A DNA stretch of 64,000 bases from Haemophilus parainfluenzae (GCA_018381885.1 JAGZRA010000011.1:25294-89293); one strand, 5' to 3'; counted from the first letter of the stretch, positions 1-9,902 are shown. Notes: generated by a model from the sequence alone, not told the origin. Made by a program: numbers and translations.

Positions 1-2156
1 GCCAAAAGGATTTCTTAAATTATTTACGCATTCGCGAATGGCAGGATATTTACCATCAAATTCGTTTAACCGTCCGTGAAATGGGCTTGCCGATTAATTC
101 TGAAAAAGCAGAATATCAGCAAATTCATACCGCACTTTTAAGCGGTTTGCTTTCTCATATCGGTTTAAAAGAAGCGGAAAAACAACAATATCTTGGTGCG
201 CGTAATGCCCATTTTGCGATTTTCCCCAATTCTGTACTTTTCAAAAAACAACCGAAATGGGTGATGGCGGCAGAGCTAGTGGAAACCTCCAAACTTTGGG
301 GGCGTATGGTGGCAGAAATTGAGCCAGAATGGATCGAGCCACTTGCCGAGCATTTAATTAAAAAATCCTATTCAGAACCGCGTTGGTCGAAATCTCGTGG
401 CGCGGTGATTGCTGATGAAAAAGTCACGCTTTACGGTGTGCCGATTGTGGCAGCACGACCAGTGAATTACGGTGCTATTGATCCAACGGTAAGCCGTGAG
501 ATCTTTATTCAATCCGCCTTGGTTGAAGGGGATTGGAATACCAAGCATAAATTCTTCAAAGAAAATCAACGACTCGTTCGAGAAGTGGAAGAGTTGGAAC
601 ACAAAAGTCGCCGCCGCGATATTTTGGTGGATGACCGCACGCTTTTTGAATTTTACGATCAGCGTATTGGCACTGAGGTTGTCTCTCAAAAACATTTTGA
701 TACCTGGTGGAAAAAGGTGCAGCAAAAAGATCCTGAATTGCTTAATTTTGAACGTTCATTCTTGATTAATGATGATGCGGAACAAGTGAGCAAGCTGGAT
801 TTCCCGAATTTCTGGCATCAAGGCAATTTGAAACTCAAATTAACTTATCAATTTGAACCGGGTACCGATGCGGACGGCGTGACCGTGCATATTCCGTTGC
901 CATTGCTCAACCAAGTGGAAATGACAGGCTTTGACTGGCAAATTCCAGGCTTGCGTGAAGAATTGGTGATTGCGTTGATTAAATCGTTGCCGAAATCTTA
1001 TCGCCGTAACTTCGTGCCTGCACCTAATTATGCCCAAGCCTTTTTAAGCAGAGCTGTGCCATTGGAAAAACCGTTATTAGATACGCTAATTTATGAATTA
1101 CGTCGTATGACGGGCGTTACCGTAGAAGCGGAACATTGGAATTGGGAACCAATTCCAAGCCATTTGAAAATGACTTTCCGTGTGGTGGATGAAGACGGCA
1201 AGAAAATTGCTGAATCCATGAATTTGGATGAGCTGAAATTCAACTTAAAAGATCGCGTGCAGGAAAGTATTTCAGCTGTGGCAGATGATGGTATTGAACA
1301 AAGCGGGCTACATATTTGGAGCTTTGCAGATTTACCACAATGTTACGAACAAAAACACCGTGGTTTTAGCGTCAAAGCGTTCCCAGCCATTGTGGATGAA
1401 AAAGATTCCGTAGGTATCAAACTGTTTGAAACAGAGTTTGAGCAAGCGGTGGCGATGCAGCAAGGTTTGCGCCGCTTATTGTTGCTCAATGTACCGTCAC
1501 CGATTAAATATTTACATGAAAAATTACCGAATAAAGCTAAATTGGGTCTGTATTTTACTCCGTTCGGTCGAGTGTTAGATTTGATCGATGACTGTATCGC
1601 TTGTGCGGTGGATAAACTGATTGCCGATTTTGGCGGTTTTGTGTGGGATGAAGCAGGCTTTGAAAAATTGCGTGATTTCGTGCGAGAAAACCTTAACGAA
1701 GTGACCGTGGATATTGCGCAGAAAGTGGAACAAATCCTATCTCTCAATCACGCCTTAAACCAACGTTTAAAAGGTAAAATGGATTTTACTATGGCCTTTG
1801 CATTTTCTGATATTAAGGCGCAATTAAGCGGGCTGATTTATCCAGGTTTTGTGCAAAAGAGCGGTTATGATCGCCTACCGGATTTACAGCGCTATCTGCA
1901 AGCCATTGATAAACGTATTGATAAGTTGGCTCAAGATGTAAACCGTGATCGTGCGGCGATGCTACGCGTGGAACAGGTGCAGCAGGCTTACCAACAATTG
2001 CTCGCTAAACTGCCGAAATCTAAACCAATTTCTGATGAAATTGCGGAAATTCGCTATATGATTGAGGAATTGCGTGTGAGTTTATTTGCTCAGCAATTAG
2101 GTACGAAGTATCAGGTATCGGATAAGCGGATTTTGAATTTGATTCAATCTATTTAA
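1..2156 (+). CDS. hrpA: ATP-dependent RNA helicase HrpA, C-terminal ~700 aa; 5' end lies upstream of the window
   Basis: The frame is open from nt 3 (QKDFLNYLRIREWQDIYHQIRLTVREMGLPINSEK...). The protein matches the C-terminal DUF3418 region of HrpA in length and sequence. Confidence 0.85.
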   Translation, partial: QKDFLNYLRIREWQDIYHQIRLTVREMGLPINSEKAEYQQIHTALLSGLLSHIGLKEAEKQQYLGARNAHFAIFPNSVLFKKQPKWVMAAELVETSKLWGRMVAEIEPEWIEPLAEHLIKKSYSEPRWSKSRGAVIADEKVTLYGVPIVAARPVNYGAIDPTVSREIFIQSALVEGDWNTKHKFFKENQRLVREVEELEHKSRRRDILVDDRTLFEFYDQRIGTEVVSQKHFDTWWKKVQQKDPELLNFERSFLINDDAEQVSKLDFPNFWHQGNLKLKLTYQFEPGTDADGVTVHIPLPLLNQVEMTGFDWQIPGLREELVIALIKSLPKSYRRNFVPAPNYAQAFLSRAVPLEKPLLDTLIYELRRMTGVTVEAEHWNWEPIPSHLKMTFRVVDEDGKKIAESMNLDELKFNLKDRVQESISAVADDGIEQSGLHIWSFADLPQCYEQKHRGFSVKAFPAIVDEKDSVGIKLFETEFEQAVAMQQGLRRLLLLNVPSPIKYLHEKLPNKAKLGLYFTPFGRVLDLIDDCIACAVDKLIADFGGFVWDEAGFEKLRDFVRENLNEVTVDIAQKVEQILSLNHALNQRLKGKMDFTMAFAFSDIKAQLSGLIYPGFVQKSGYDRLPDLQRYLQAIDKRIDKLAQDVNRDRAAMLRVEQVQQAYQQLLAKLPKSKPISDEIAEIRYMIEELRVSLFAQQLGTKYQVSDKRILNLIQSI

Positions 2157-2174
2157 TTATGGGTATGAATAGGC

Positions 2175-3086
2175 ATGGTTGAAGATAATGAGATCTACAG
2201 ATTTATGTCAATTTACGAATTTTATGAGCTTTTTTTTAATAAAAAACTAAAATTGACAAAAGTAAATATTCAAAGTGACAAAAATGATGGAATTGAGAGC
2301 ATATTAAATAATTTGGTTTCTGGTATTTCGCCTACAGAATATTTTAGCTTAAAAAAATCTTTTGATTCATCTAGAAAATGTAGATATATAACGTGTTGGA
2401 CGCAGAGTTTTGATTCAATAGCAATGTGGTTGTTGTACTCTAAAAATGAAGAGTCTATTAGAGTTAAAACTAGATTGAGTAAATTAAAGGAAACTTTGTT
2501 GAATTTTACTGAAGATTATTCTTGTTGGACCCAATGGAATAGACCAACAGAGAATATGGTTTTAATTCAAGGAATGGAATCTATACAGGAAGTCGAATAT
2601 AAAAATATTCGAGAAGTTATTGAGCAAATACGTAGGGATATTTCTGAATTTAAGAAGAAAAATAGCCAGACCTTTGAAATAGATCCGAATTATTATAAAG
2701 GAAAATTTATAGAAGATTATTTTACTTTTTATGATTATTTGTCTAATAAATATACCTGTAAAGCTCCAATTAAAGATGAGTCTTATTCTTTTGAACAGGA
2801 AGTTCGAGGGGAGGTTTATGCGGGGCTGAAAGTTGATGAGAAAAGTGAGAATGATTGGAAGAGTAAAAATGATGTAGAACGAATTCCTGTTAAAGATGAT
2901 TTATCTGATATTTTAGGATCCGTTATATATGCTCCAGTTAATGATGATTTCATTGAAGAAGTTTGTTTTGATCCAAGAATGCCAGCATATAAGAGAGAAG
3001 TTATTTTTGCATTATTTAATTTAGAACAGATAAAAATCACCGAGTCTCCAATTTTTGAGCCAGCTCTTCCTCTTTTATCTGAATGA
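2175..3086 (+). CDS. AT-rich hypothetical protein, 303 aa, probably horizontally acquired; possible DUF2971-like family
   Basis: GC is about 23-28% against about 40% in the flanks. AGA/AGG Arg codons are used. There is no USS inside the gene. Motifs KLTKVNIQSDKNDGIE, CWTQSFDSIAMWLLYSK and SFEQEVRGEVY resemble, from memory, the FNDPxE / CFS..DS..MW..Y / EkEWR motifs of DUF2971. There is no transposase or integrase. Confidence 0.6.
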   Translation: MVEDNEIYRFMSIYEFYELFFNKKLKLTKVNIQSDKNDGIESILNNLVSGISPTEYFSLKKSFDSSRKCRYITCWTQSFDSIAMWLLYSKNEESIRVKTRLSKLKETLLNFTEDYSCWTQWNRPTENMVLIQGMESIQEVEYKNIREVIEQIRRDISEFKKKNSQTFEIDPNYYKGKFIEDYFTFYDYLSNKYTCKAPIKDESYSFEQEVRGEVYAGLKVDEKSENDWKSKNDVERIPVKDDLSDILGSVIYAPVNDDFIEEVCFDPRMPAYKREVIFALFNLEQIKITESPIFEPALPLLSE

Positions 3087-3195
3087 GTTACTAACAATAA
3101 TTAAGTAAATATTATAAAAGTGCGGTTTTTCCAAAATATTTTAACTTCCCTAAAATACTACCAAAACCAACCGCACTTTCTCCCAAAACTCTTTT

Positions 3196-3211
3196 TGTGA
3201 TCTACCTCAAA
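3196..3211 (+). promoter_or_regulatory. candidate CRP site TGTGAtctaccTCAAA upstream of dcuC
   Basis: 8/10 match to TGTGA-N6-TCACA, about 85 bp upstream of the dcuC ATG. Confidence 0.3.
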
Positions 3212-3290
3212 TTTTTGTATTGAACTGATTTACAACTGCCAATTCAATCGCTATCTTGCTGATATTATTATTTTAATAAAGAGGTAAATT

Positions 3291-4649
3291 ATGGATCTGA
3301 TAATAGGTTTGATTGCCATTGTCTTGGTGGCATATTACATCGTGAAAGGCTATTCAGCGACAGGCGTATTGATGTTCGGTGGCTTGGTCTTGTTATTCAT
3401 TTCAGTGCTGATGGGGCATTCGATTTTACCGGATGGTGTGAAAAGTACCGGTTCTACTTATTTTGATATTTTAGAATATGTGAAATATCTACTCGGTAAT
3501 CGTGGCGGCGGCTTAGGCTTGATGATTATGGTGTTATGTGGTTTCTCTGTGTATATGACCCATCTTGGCGCGAATGATGTGGTGGTGAAATTGGTGTCAA
3601 AACCACTGAAAAACATTCGTTCACCTTATATTTTAATGGTGTTTGCTTACTTCCTTGCATGTTTGATGTCTTTTGCTGTGTCATCTGCAACAGGTTTAGG
3701 CGTGTTATTAATGGCGACATTATTCCCTGTGATGGTAAACGTGGGGATTTCACGTGGGGCAGCGGCTGCAATTTGCGCATCGCCAATTTCCATTATCCTT
3801 TCCCCAACATCAGGCGACGTGGTGCTTTCGGCTGAAATTTCAAAAATTCCTTTAGGTGAGTTTGCCTTTGGTACCGCATTGCCGGTTTCGATTTTTGCGA
3901 TTTTAGGGATTGCTGTAGCACACTTCTTCTGGCAGCGTTATTTAGATAAAAAAGAAGGTGTGCAAGTAGAACGCATTAATGCAGATGAAATTAAAACCAC
4001 AGCACCAAACTACTACGCGATTTTGCCATTATTACCCATTATTGGCGTATTGATTTTTGATGGTAAATGGGGCTTACCAAATTTACACATCGTTACCGTG
4101 ATGGTGCTTTGCTTTATCATTACTGCTGCGGTAGATTTCTTACGTAGCTTTAACGCAAAACAAACCTTCGATAATCTCATTGTGGCATATCGCGGTATGG
4201 CAGATGCCTTTGCGGGTGTGGTGATGCTTTTAGTGGCGGCAGGTGTATTTGCACAAAGTTTAAGTACAATCGGCTTTATCACTAATTTAATCGACTCAGC
4301 ACAAACCTTCGGCGGTTCAGCCTTCTTTATGATGTTAGTGCTTGCGGTGATTACCATTTTAGCCACCATGGCGACCGGTTCAGGTAACGCGGCGTTCTAC
4401 GCTTTTGCAGAATTAATTCCTAAATTAGCCACACAAATGGGCGTCAACCCAGCATTCTTAACCATTCCAATGTTACAAGCCTCTAACTTAGGTCGTGGTT
4501 TATCACCGGTTTCTGGCGTGGTTGTAGCAGTATCCGGTATGGGAAACATCTCACCATTTGAAATCGTAAAACGTATGTCTGTCCCAATGTTGGTTGGTTT
4601 TATTTGTGTGATTATCGGCACAGAAATCTTTGTTTCCGTTGCTGCCTAA
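3291..4649 (+). CDS. dcuC: anaerobic C4-dicarboxylate transporter, DcuC family
   Basis: 452-aa polytopic membrane protein, near-collinear with E. coli DcuC (YIVKGYSATGVL..., GANDVVVKL, ...VSGVVVAV). Confidence 0.8.
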   Translation: MDLIIGLIAIVLVAYYIVKGYSATGVLMFGGLVLLFISVLMGHSILPDGVKSTGSTYFDILEYVKYLLGNRGGGLGLMIMVLCGFSVYMTHLGANDVVVKLVSKPLKNIRSPYILMVFAYFLACLMSFAVSSATGLGVLLMATLFPVMVNVGISRGAAAAICASPISIILSPTSGDVVLSAEISKIPLGEFAFGTALPVSIFAILGIAVAHFFWQRYLDKKEGVQVERINADEIKTTAPNYYAILPLLPIIGVLIFDGKWGLPNLHIVTVMVLCFIITAAVDFLRSFNAKQTFDNLIVAYRGMADAFAGVVMLLVAAGVFAQSLSTIGFITNLIDSAQTFGGSAFFMMLVLAVITILATMATGSGNAAFYAFAELIPKLATQMGVNPAFLTIPMLQASNLGRGLSPVSGVVVAVSGMGNISPFEIVKRMSVPMLVGFICVIIGTEIFVSVAA

Positions 4650-4666
4650 TTTGATAGGCAAAAAAG

Positions 4667-4699
4667 AAGGGCTGATAGTGAATATCAGCCCTTTGTTTT
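4667..4699. terminator. Rho-independent terminator (bidirectional, dcuC/folK)
   Basis: aagggctgata-gtgaa-tatcagccctt followed by a T-run; there is an A-run on the other side. Confidence 0.6.
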
Positions 4700-4702
4700 A
4701 AG

Positions 4703-5206
4703 TTAAGTGCGGTCAATTTTCTCGCTGTTTTTGATTTTATGCATTTGATGATTTTCAAAGGCTTTCACCAAATCTGCGACTTTTTCGCCTTCCGGTAAAA
4801 CCAAATCTTGTGCGATATCATTAAGCGGCACAATCACGAATTCGCGATTTTTCATATCGTAATGAGGCACGGTTAAGCGTTCATTTTGAATGATTTGATC
4901 GCCATAAAGCAGAATATCCAAATCCAGTGTACGCTCCCCCCAACGACGTAAACGCACGCGACCTTGTTCATTTTCAATGCGTTGTAATTCATCGAGTAAG
5001 GCTAAAGGTGGGCGAGTGGTTTCGATCATAGCCACCGCATTTACATAGTCAGGTTGATCTTGCGGACCTAATGGTTTGCTTTGATAAAATCCGCTCACCG
5101 ATTTTAATTCGGTATTAGGTAGCGCAGAAATTGCCTCTAATGCGGAATTTAATTGTTCTGTCGGCGTATTTAAATTGCTGCCAAGGGCGATATACACTTG
5201 AACCAT
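4703..5206 (-). CDS. folK: 2-amino-4-hydroxy-6-hydroxymethyldihydropteridine pyrophosphokinase (HPPK)
   Basis: 167 aa; YIALGSNL...RWGERTLDLDILLYG...VPHYDMKNREFV matches FolK throughout. Confidence 0.9.
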   Translation of the reverse strand: MVQVYIALGSNLNTPTEQLNSALEAISALPNTELKSVSGFYQSKPLGPQDQPDYVNAVAMIETTRPPLALLDELQRIENEQGRVRLRRWGERTLDLDILLYGDQIIQNERLTVPHYDMKNREFVIVPLNDIAQDLVLPEGEKVADLVKAFENHQMHKIKNSEKIDRT

Positions 5207-6498
5207 TAGTTAGCCGCCTTAGGTTTACGTCTTCGATAATATTTTTTCTTCGGTGCAGGATGCAATTTTTGTTGTTCTTGAACCAACTGGCGACGTTGTT
5301 CTTGATTGCTCAGTTGGTACTCATGCCACCATTTTGCCAATTCAACGGTTTCACCACCTTCCACTTCGGCACGCATCGCCAATAAATCAAAGGCCGCACG
5401 GAATTTTTGATGTTCCATCGTGCGAGCAGGGTGAGAACCGGTGCGTTTAAGCAATTGTAATTGCAACATCCAAATATCACGAATGACGGATGTATGACGG
5501 CGAGGTGCAGCTAATGATCTGCATAATTGATCAAGCACTTCATTTGCCGCAAGGGCATAGGCATCGTGATTGTTTAAGCCACCTTCATTTTTCAGCACAT
5601 CCACTTTTTCGCGTAATGGATACCAGAAGAATGCCGCAAATAAAAAGGCAGGATTAATGCGTAATTTATCGGCAATACGTTCATCAGTTGAATTTAACGA
5701 CGTTAAAATCATGCGCTCCGCAAGGCTGTCTTCTTTTTCGGTGAAATAAGGCGTTAAGCTCGGGAAAAGCTGTTCAAATAAGCCATATTGGCGAAGTAAT
5801 TTATAAGTTTTTACGCCATTGCCAGACTGCAATAATTTTAAACTTTCATCGAATAAACGAGCCGGTGGAATATTTTTCAGCAATGGTGCAAGCTCACGAA
5901 TTGGCTGTTCACTTGGTTTTTCCAAGAACATATCCAATTTCGCCATAAAGCGCACAGAGCGTAGCATACGCACAGGATCTTCTTGATAACGGGTAACAGG
6001 ATCGCCAATCAGACGTAATTTTCCGTTTTTCAGGTCGTCAATTCCGTTGAAGTAATCACGCAACGTATTATCTTGCGGATTGTAGTAAAGGGCGTTTACG
6101 GTGAAGTCACGGCGTTCGGCATCTTGTTCAATGGTGCCATACACGTTATCACGCAGTAACATTCCTTCATCGCTTTGTTTGGCTTGATTTTCGCTGCGCG
6201 CATCGGAATGGCTAGCACGGAATGTGGCCACTTCGATCACATCACGGCCAAACATAATATGTGCAAGACGGAAACGACGACCGACTAAACGGCATTGACG
6301 TTGGAATACCGCTTGAATTTGGTCGGGACGTGCATTTGTTGCCACATCAAAATCCTTTGGATGCTTACCCAACAATAAATCACGCAAACAACCACCAACA
6401 ATATAAGCGTCATAACCTTGACGTTGCAATTTTTCTACCACGGTAATGGCATTACGGCTAAACATACGTGGATTAATACCGAAATGAGAGGCTTTCAC
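5206..6498 (-). CDS. pcnB: poly(A) polymerase I; true start probably further upstream at a non-AUG codon near 6700
   Basis: GGCLRDLLLGKHPKDFDVATNA...RLVGRRFRLAHIMFG matches the PcnB core. The frame stays open upstream to about 6705 with no ATG. The upstream peptide ...LTYIKNLFGKK... resembles the E. coli PcnB N-terminus, which initiates at AUU. Confidence 0.85.
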   Translation of the reverse strand: MKASHFGINPRMFSRNAITVVEKLQRQGYDAYIVGGCLRDLLLGKHPKDFDVATNARPDQIQAVFQRQCRLVGRRFRLAHIMFGRDVIEVATFRASHSDARSENQAKQSDEGMLLRDNVYGTIEQDAERRDFTVNALYYNPQDNTLRDYFNGIDDLKNGKLRLIGDPVTRYQEDPVRMLRSVRFMAKLDMFLEKPSEQPIRELAPLLKNIPPARLFDESLKLLQSGNGVKTYKLLRQYGLFEQLFPSLTPYFTEKEDSLAERMILTSLNSTDERIADKLRINPAFLFAAFFWYPLREKVDVLKNEGGLNNHDAYALAANEVLDQLCRSLAAPRRHTSVIRDIWMLQLQLLKRTGSHPARTMEHQKFRAAFDLLAMRAEVEGGETVELAKWWHEYQLSNQEQRRQLVQEQQKLHPAPKKKYYRRRKPKAAN

Positions 6499-6750
6499 GC
6501 TATGTTTGTCGTAACGAGACGATTGTGTGTTGTTTTTTTTATGGTGAGGAGAGGACGGGGCGATCTTGGGTTGTGAACGCTCTGTTTTTGAAACGTTAGA
6601 TTTTTTGCTTTTTGACGCCGTTTTGGATACGGGCGAATTTATATTGGTTTCGGTTTCTTTTTTAGTTTTTTTACCAAATAAATTTTTTATATAAGTAAGA
6701 ATAATTTACTCCATTCTCTATGTTCAATGCGCATTTGATAAAAACACGAA

Positions 6751-6776
6751 AAGTGCGGTTGTTTTTGACCGCACTT
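6751..6776. terminator. USS inverted-pair hairpin (terminator downstream of dksA)
   Basis: aagtgcggttgtttttgaccgcactt flanked by A/T runs. Confidence 0.6.
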
Positions 6777-6799
6777 TTTTGTTGGGTTACTTAAATAAA

Positions 6800-7237
6800 T
6801 TAACCTGCGACTTGTTTTTCACGAATTTCAGCAAGGGTTTTGCAATCGATACAAAGATCAGCAGTAGGGCGTGCTTCTAAGCGACGAATGCCAATTTCTT
6901 CCCCACAAGAATCGCAATAACCGAAATCATCGGTGTCTAATTTTTTTAATGTGTATTCAATCTTCTTCATTAATTTACGCTCGCGATCGCGGTTACGTAA
7001 TTCAAGACTGAATTCTTCTTCTTGGGTCGCACGGTCAGCCGGATCAGGGAAGTTTGATGCTTCATCTTGCATATGAGCAACCGTTCTTGATGCTTCTTCC
7101 ACAATTTGCTCGTGCCACGCAGTTAAAATTTTTCTGAAATGAAGAATCTGATCTTCATTCATGTATTCTTCATCTTTCTTTGGTTGATAAGGCTTAACAC
7201 CGGCTAAATCCAGCAAACTTAGAGATGCCTTAGACAT
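6800..7237 (-). CDS. dksA: RNA polymerase-binding transcription factor DksA
   Basis: 145 aa; C4 zinc finger CDSCGEEIG...CIDCK; the folK-pcnB-dksA order is conserved. Confidence 0.9.
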   Translation of the reverse strand: MSKASLSLLDLAGVKPYQPKKDEEYMNEDQILHFRKILTAWHEQIVEEASRTVAHMQDEASNFPDPADRATQEEEFSLELRNRDRERKLMKKIEYTLKKLDTDDFGYCDSCGEEIGIRRLEARPTADLCIDCKTLAEIREKQVAG

Positions 7238-7402
7238 TGATAACTCCTAATGTAGTAAAGATTTTAACGACTTCCTGTCTTGTTGTTTTGATTGATTCTT
7301 ATCGGCTAAAAAATAGCTGACATAAGAACCCTGTTTTTTAAGGGCGATATAAATAGCAGAACTTCACCTATTTAGCAAATAAATTTAGCTTAGAAATTTC
7401 AA

Positions 7403-7424
7403 ATTTGCGATCGTGATCGCAAAA
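7403..7424 (+). promoter_or_regulatory. CRP-S site (Sxy-dependent competence regulatory element) upstream of rec2
   Basis: aTTTGCGATCgtGATCGCAAAa is a perfect 22-bp palindrome with the TGCGA-N6-TCGCA core, about 85 bp upstream of the rec2 ATG. Confidence 0.7.
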
Positions 7425-7499
7425 AATGGCGTAATTATTTGTTTATTTATGAGGTTAAGGCTAGGTTGCCTTACTTTCTCGCTATAAATCACACTTAAA

Positions 7500-9902
7500 A
7501 TGAAAATCACGCTATTTCAACTGTGCATGATGCTCATTGTCTCAGCCTTATCCTTGCTTGTCGTGCCAGATTTTTTACTGCTCACTTGGCAACAGGCTGG
7601 GCTGAGCATTTTAATGTTGGTTATGACCGCACTTTGTTTCCATTGGTTCAATTATTTTAAAGCCAGAAATTTTTGCATAAGTAGTATCTTGTTTTTACTT
7701 ACTTTGGCTTATGCGCATTCATCAGCCTTATCGTTATTGGGACAAGCAGAGAGAATTTCAAGTTTACCGAATAAAATTACCTTAGATCTCCACATCTCAG
7801 AAATTCTTCATCAGCAAGATTATCAAACGTTGGTTGCGACAAGCTCTTTATTTGATGGAAAAGAACAACGGATTTTTATTAATTGGAAAGCGCCGGAAAA
7901 GCCACAACTCGGCGAAGTTTGGCGGGGTGATGTAAAACTTCGACCTGTTTCTGCAAGACTTAATCATGGGGGATTTGATCGACAACAATGGTATTTTTCA
8001 AAAAGGATTATTGCCGTTGGAAATGTGAAAAGTGCGGTCAAAATTGGTGATGATTTTTCTTACCGCACATATTTTCTACAGACTAGCCTCAAGCAAACAG
8101 AGGGGCTTTCTTTGCAAGGCTTGCTTATTGCATTGGCATTTGGTGAGCGGGCTTGGCTGGATAATAAAACGTGGTTGATTTATCAACAAACGAATACAGC
8201 ACATTTGATTGCGATTTCAGGGCTCCATATTGGTTTAGCAATGGGGATAGGCTTTTTCTTTGCTCGATTCTTGCAATTCGTACTGCCTACGCGCTTTATT
8301 TCACCCTGGTTTCCACTTTGCTTTGGTGTGTTGATTGCCTTAGGTTATGCCTATTTAGCCGGATTTAGTTTACCGACTTTCCGTGCAATGATGGCGTTGC
8401 TTTTTATTGCAATCCTTCAATGTTCTCGACGATATTACACGCCTTCGAAAATGCTTTGTTTAGTGGTGGCATTTTTGTTGTTTTGCGATCCGATTATGCC
8501 ACTTTCGGTGAGCCTTTGGCTTTCAGTTGGTGCTGTTACTTGTTTGATTGTGTGGTACCGATATGTTCCCTTATCGATCTTTGAATGGCGACATCAAAAA
8601 TTATCCCGCAAAGTGCGGTGGATTTTGGGCTTGTTTCATTTGCAGTTCGGGCTTCTAATTTTATTCACACCTATTCAGCTTTTCTTTTTTAATGGCTTTG
8701 CGTTAAATGGATTTTTGGCGAATTTAATCGCCGTGCCCTTGTATAGTTTCTTACTGGTACCCTTGATTCTTTTTGCGGTGTTAACGAATGGCGCATTTTC
8801 TTCTTGGCCTCTTTCAAATGCGATTGCTCAAGGTATTACGCAATGCCTCAGTTTTTTCCAGGGCTCGTATATGCCAATTTCGATGAATTTATCCCTCGTT
8901 TTGACTGCACTTTTAAGCTTTGTTTTTGGCAGCATGTTATGTGGATTGTATTTTGCATCTCAAACTCAAACAAAAAATACACCGTTAAAATCAAGTCGAT
9001 TTTTTACATTAAATTACACAAAAATCTTATCGCCAAAAGCTTATAAGCAAGCTCTTTTAGGCGTTATTCTTATTTTTAGTGTTTGTATGAGTACGCTAGG
9101 GTATCGATATTTTACGAAACCCAAATGGCAGTTAGATACGTTAGATGTTGGTCAAGGTTTAGCAACCTTAATTGTAAAAGAAGGGAAAGGCGTGTTGTAT
9201 GATACGGGCCCAGCTTGGCAGAGTGGAACAGGGGGCTCTTCCATGGCGGAATTGGAAATATTGCCTTATCTTCAACGGGAAGGGATTGAACTTGAAACCT
9301 TGATTTTAAGCCATGATGATAATGACCATTCAGGCGGTGCTAAAACGATTTTAACCGCATACCCAGAGATTGAGCTGATTACACCTTCTCGCAAAAGCTA
9401 TGGCGAAATGCACCGCACTTTTTGTCTTCAGGGGAAACAATGGCAATGGCGAGGACTTGATTTTAAAGTTCTTTCACCTGCACAAATTACAGACAGGGCG
9501 GAAAATCCGCAATCTTGCGTAATTTTACTAACGGATGGGCAGTATCAGATCCTTTTAACCGGTGATGTTGATGTGGCAACAGAAAGATCTTTTGCTGAAA
9601 ACCTCGGCAAGATTAACGTGTTACAGGTGGGGCATCATGGTAGTAAAACTTCAACAGGCGAGTTTTTACTGGGACAGACAAAACCGGATATAGCCTTAAT
9701 TTCAAGTGGACGATGGAATGCGTGGAATTTTCCTCATCCAACCGTGATTGAACGGTTAAATCGTTATCAAAGTGCGGTCGAAAATAGCGCTATTTCAGGT
9801 CATATAAGGTTAAATTTTACTGAAAAGGGCATTGAAATTGAAAAAGCGAGAGGAGATTTTTCACCTTGGTTTGCCCGTGTAATTGGATTATCCCCGAAAT
9901 AA
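7500..9902 (+). CDS. rec2: DNA internalization competence protein ComEC/Rec2
   Basis: 800 aa; polytopic N-terminal competence domain plus a C-terminal metallo-beta-lactamase domain (HDDNDHSGGA...GHHGS). Confidence 0.9.
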   Translation: MKITLFQLCMMLIVSALSLLVVPDFLLLTWQQAGLSILMLVMTALCFHWFNYFKARNFCISSILFLLTLAYAHSSALSLLGQAERISSLPNKITLDLHISEILHQQDYQTLVATSSLFDGKEQRIFINWKAPEKPQLGEVWRGDVKLRPVSARLNHGGFDRQQWYFSKRIIAVGNVKSAVKIGDDFSYRTYFLQTSLKQTEGLSLQGLLIALAFGERAWLDNKTWLIYQQTNTAHLIAISGLHIGLAMGIGFFFARFLQFVLPTRFISPWFPLCFGVLIALGYAYLAGFSLPTFRAMMALLFIAILQCSRRYYTPSKMLCLVVAFLLFCDPIMPLSVSLWLSVGAVTCLIVWYRYVPLSIFEWRHQKLSRKVRWILGLFHLQFGLLILFTPIQLFFFNGFALNGFLANLIAVPLYSFLLVPLILFAVLTNGAFSSWPLSNAIAQGITQCLSFFQGSYMPISMNLSLVLTALLSFVFGSMLCGLYFASQTQTKNTPLKSSRFFTLNYTKILSPKAYKQALLGVILIFSVCMSTLGYRYFTKPKWQLDTLDVGQGLATLIVKEGKGVLYDTGPAWQSGTGGSSMAELEILPYLQREGIELETLILSHDDNDHSGGAKTILTAYPEIELITPSRKSYGEMHRTFCLQGKQWQWRGLDFKVLSPAQITDRAENPQSCVILLTDGQYQILLTGDVDVATERSFAENLGKINVLQVGHHGSKTSTGEFLLGQTKPDIALISSGRWNAWNFPHPTVIERLNRYQSAVENSAISGHIRLNFTEKGIEIEKARGDFSPWFARVIGLSPK

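Noticed and set aside
2157-3290. The AT-rich gene at 2175 as an IS element or integron cassette
   Set aside because: It has no transposase or integrase motifs, no terminal inverted repeats, no attC-like site, and no flanking direct repeats that I could see.
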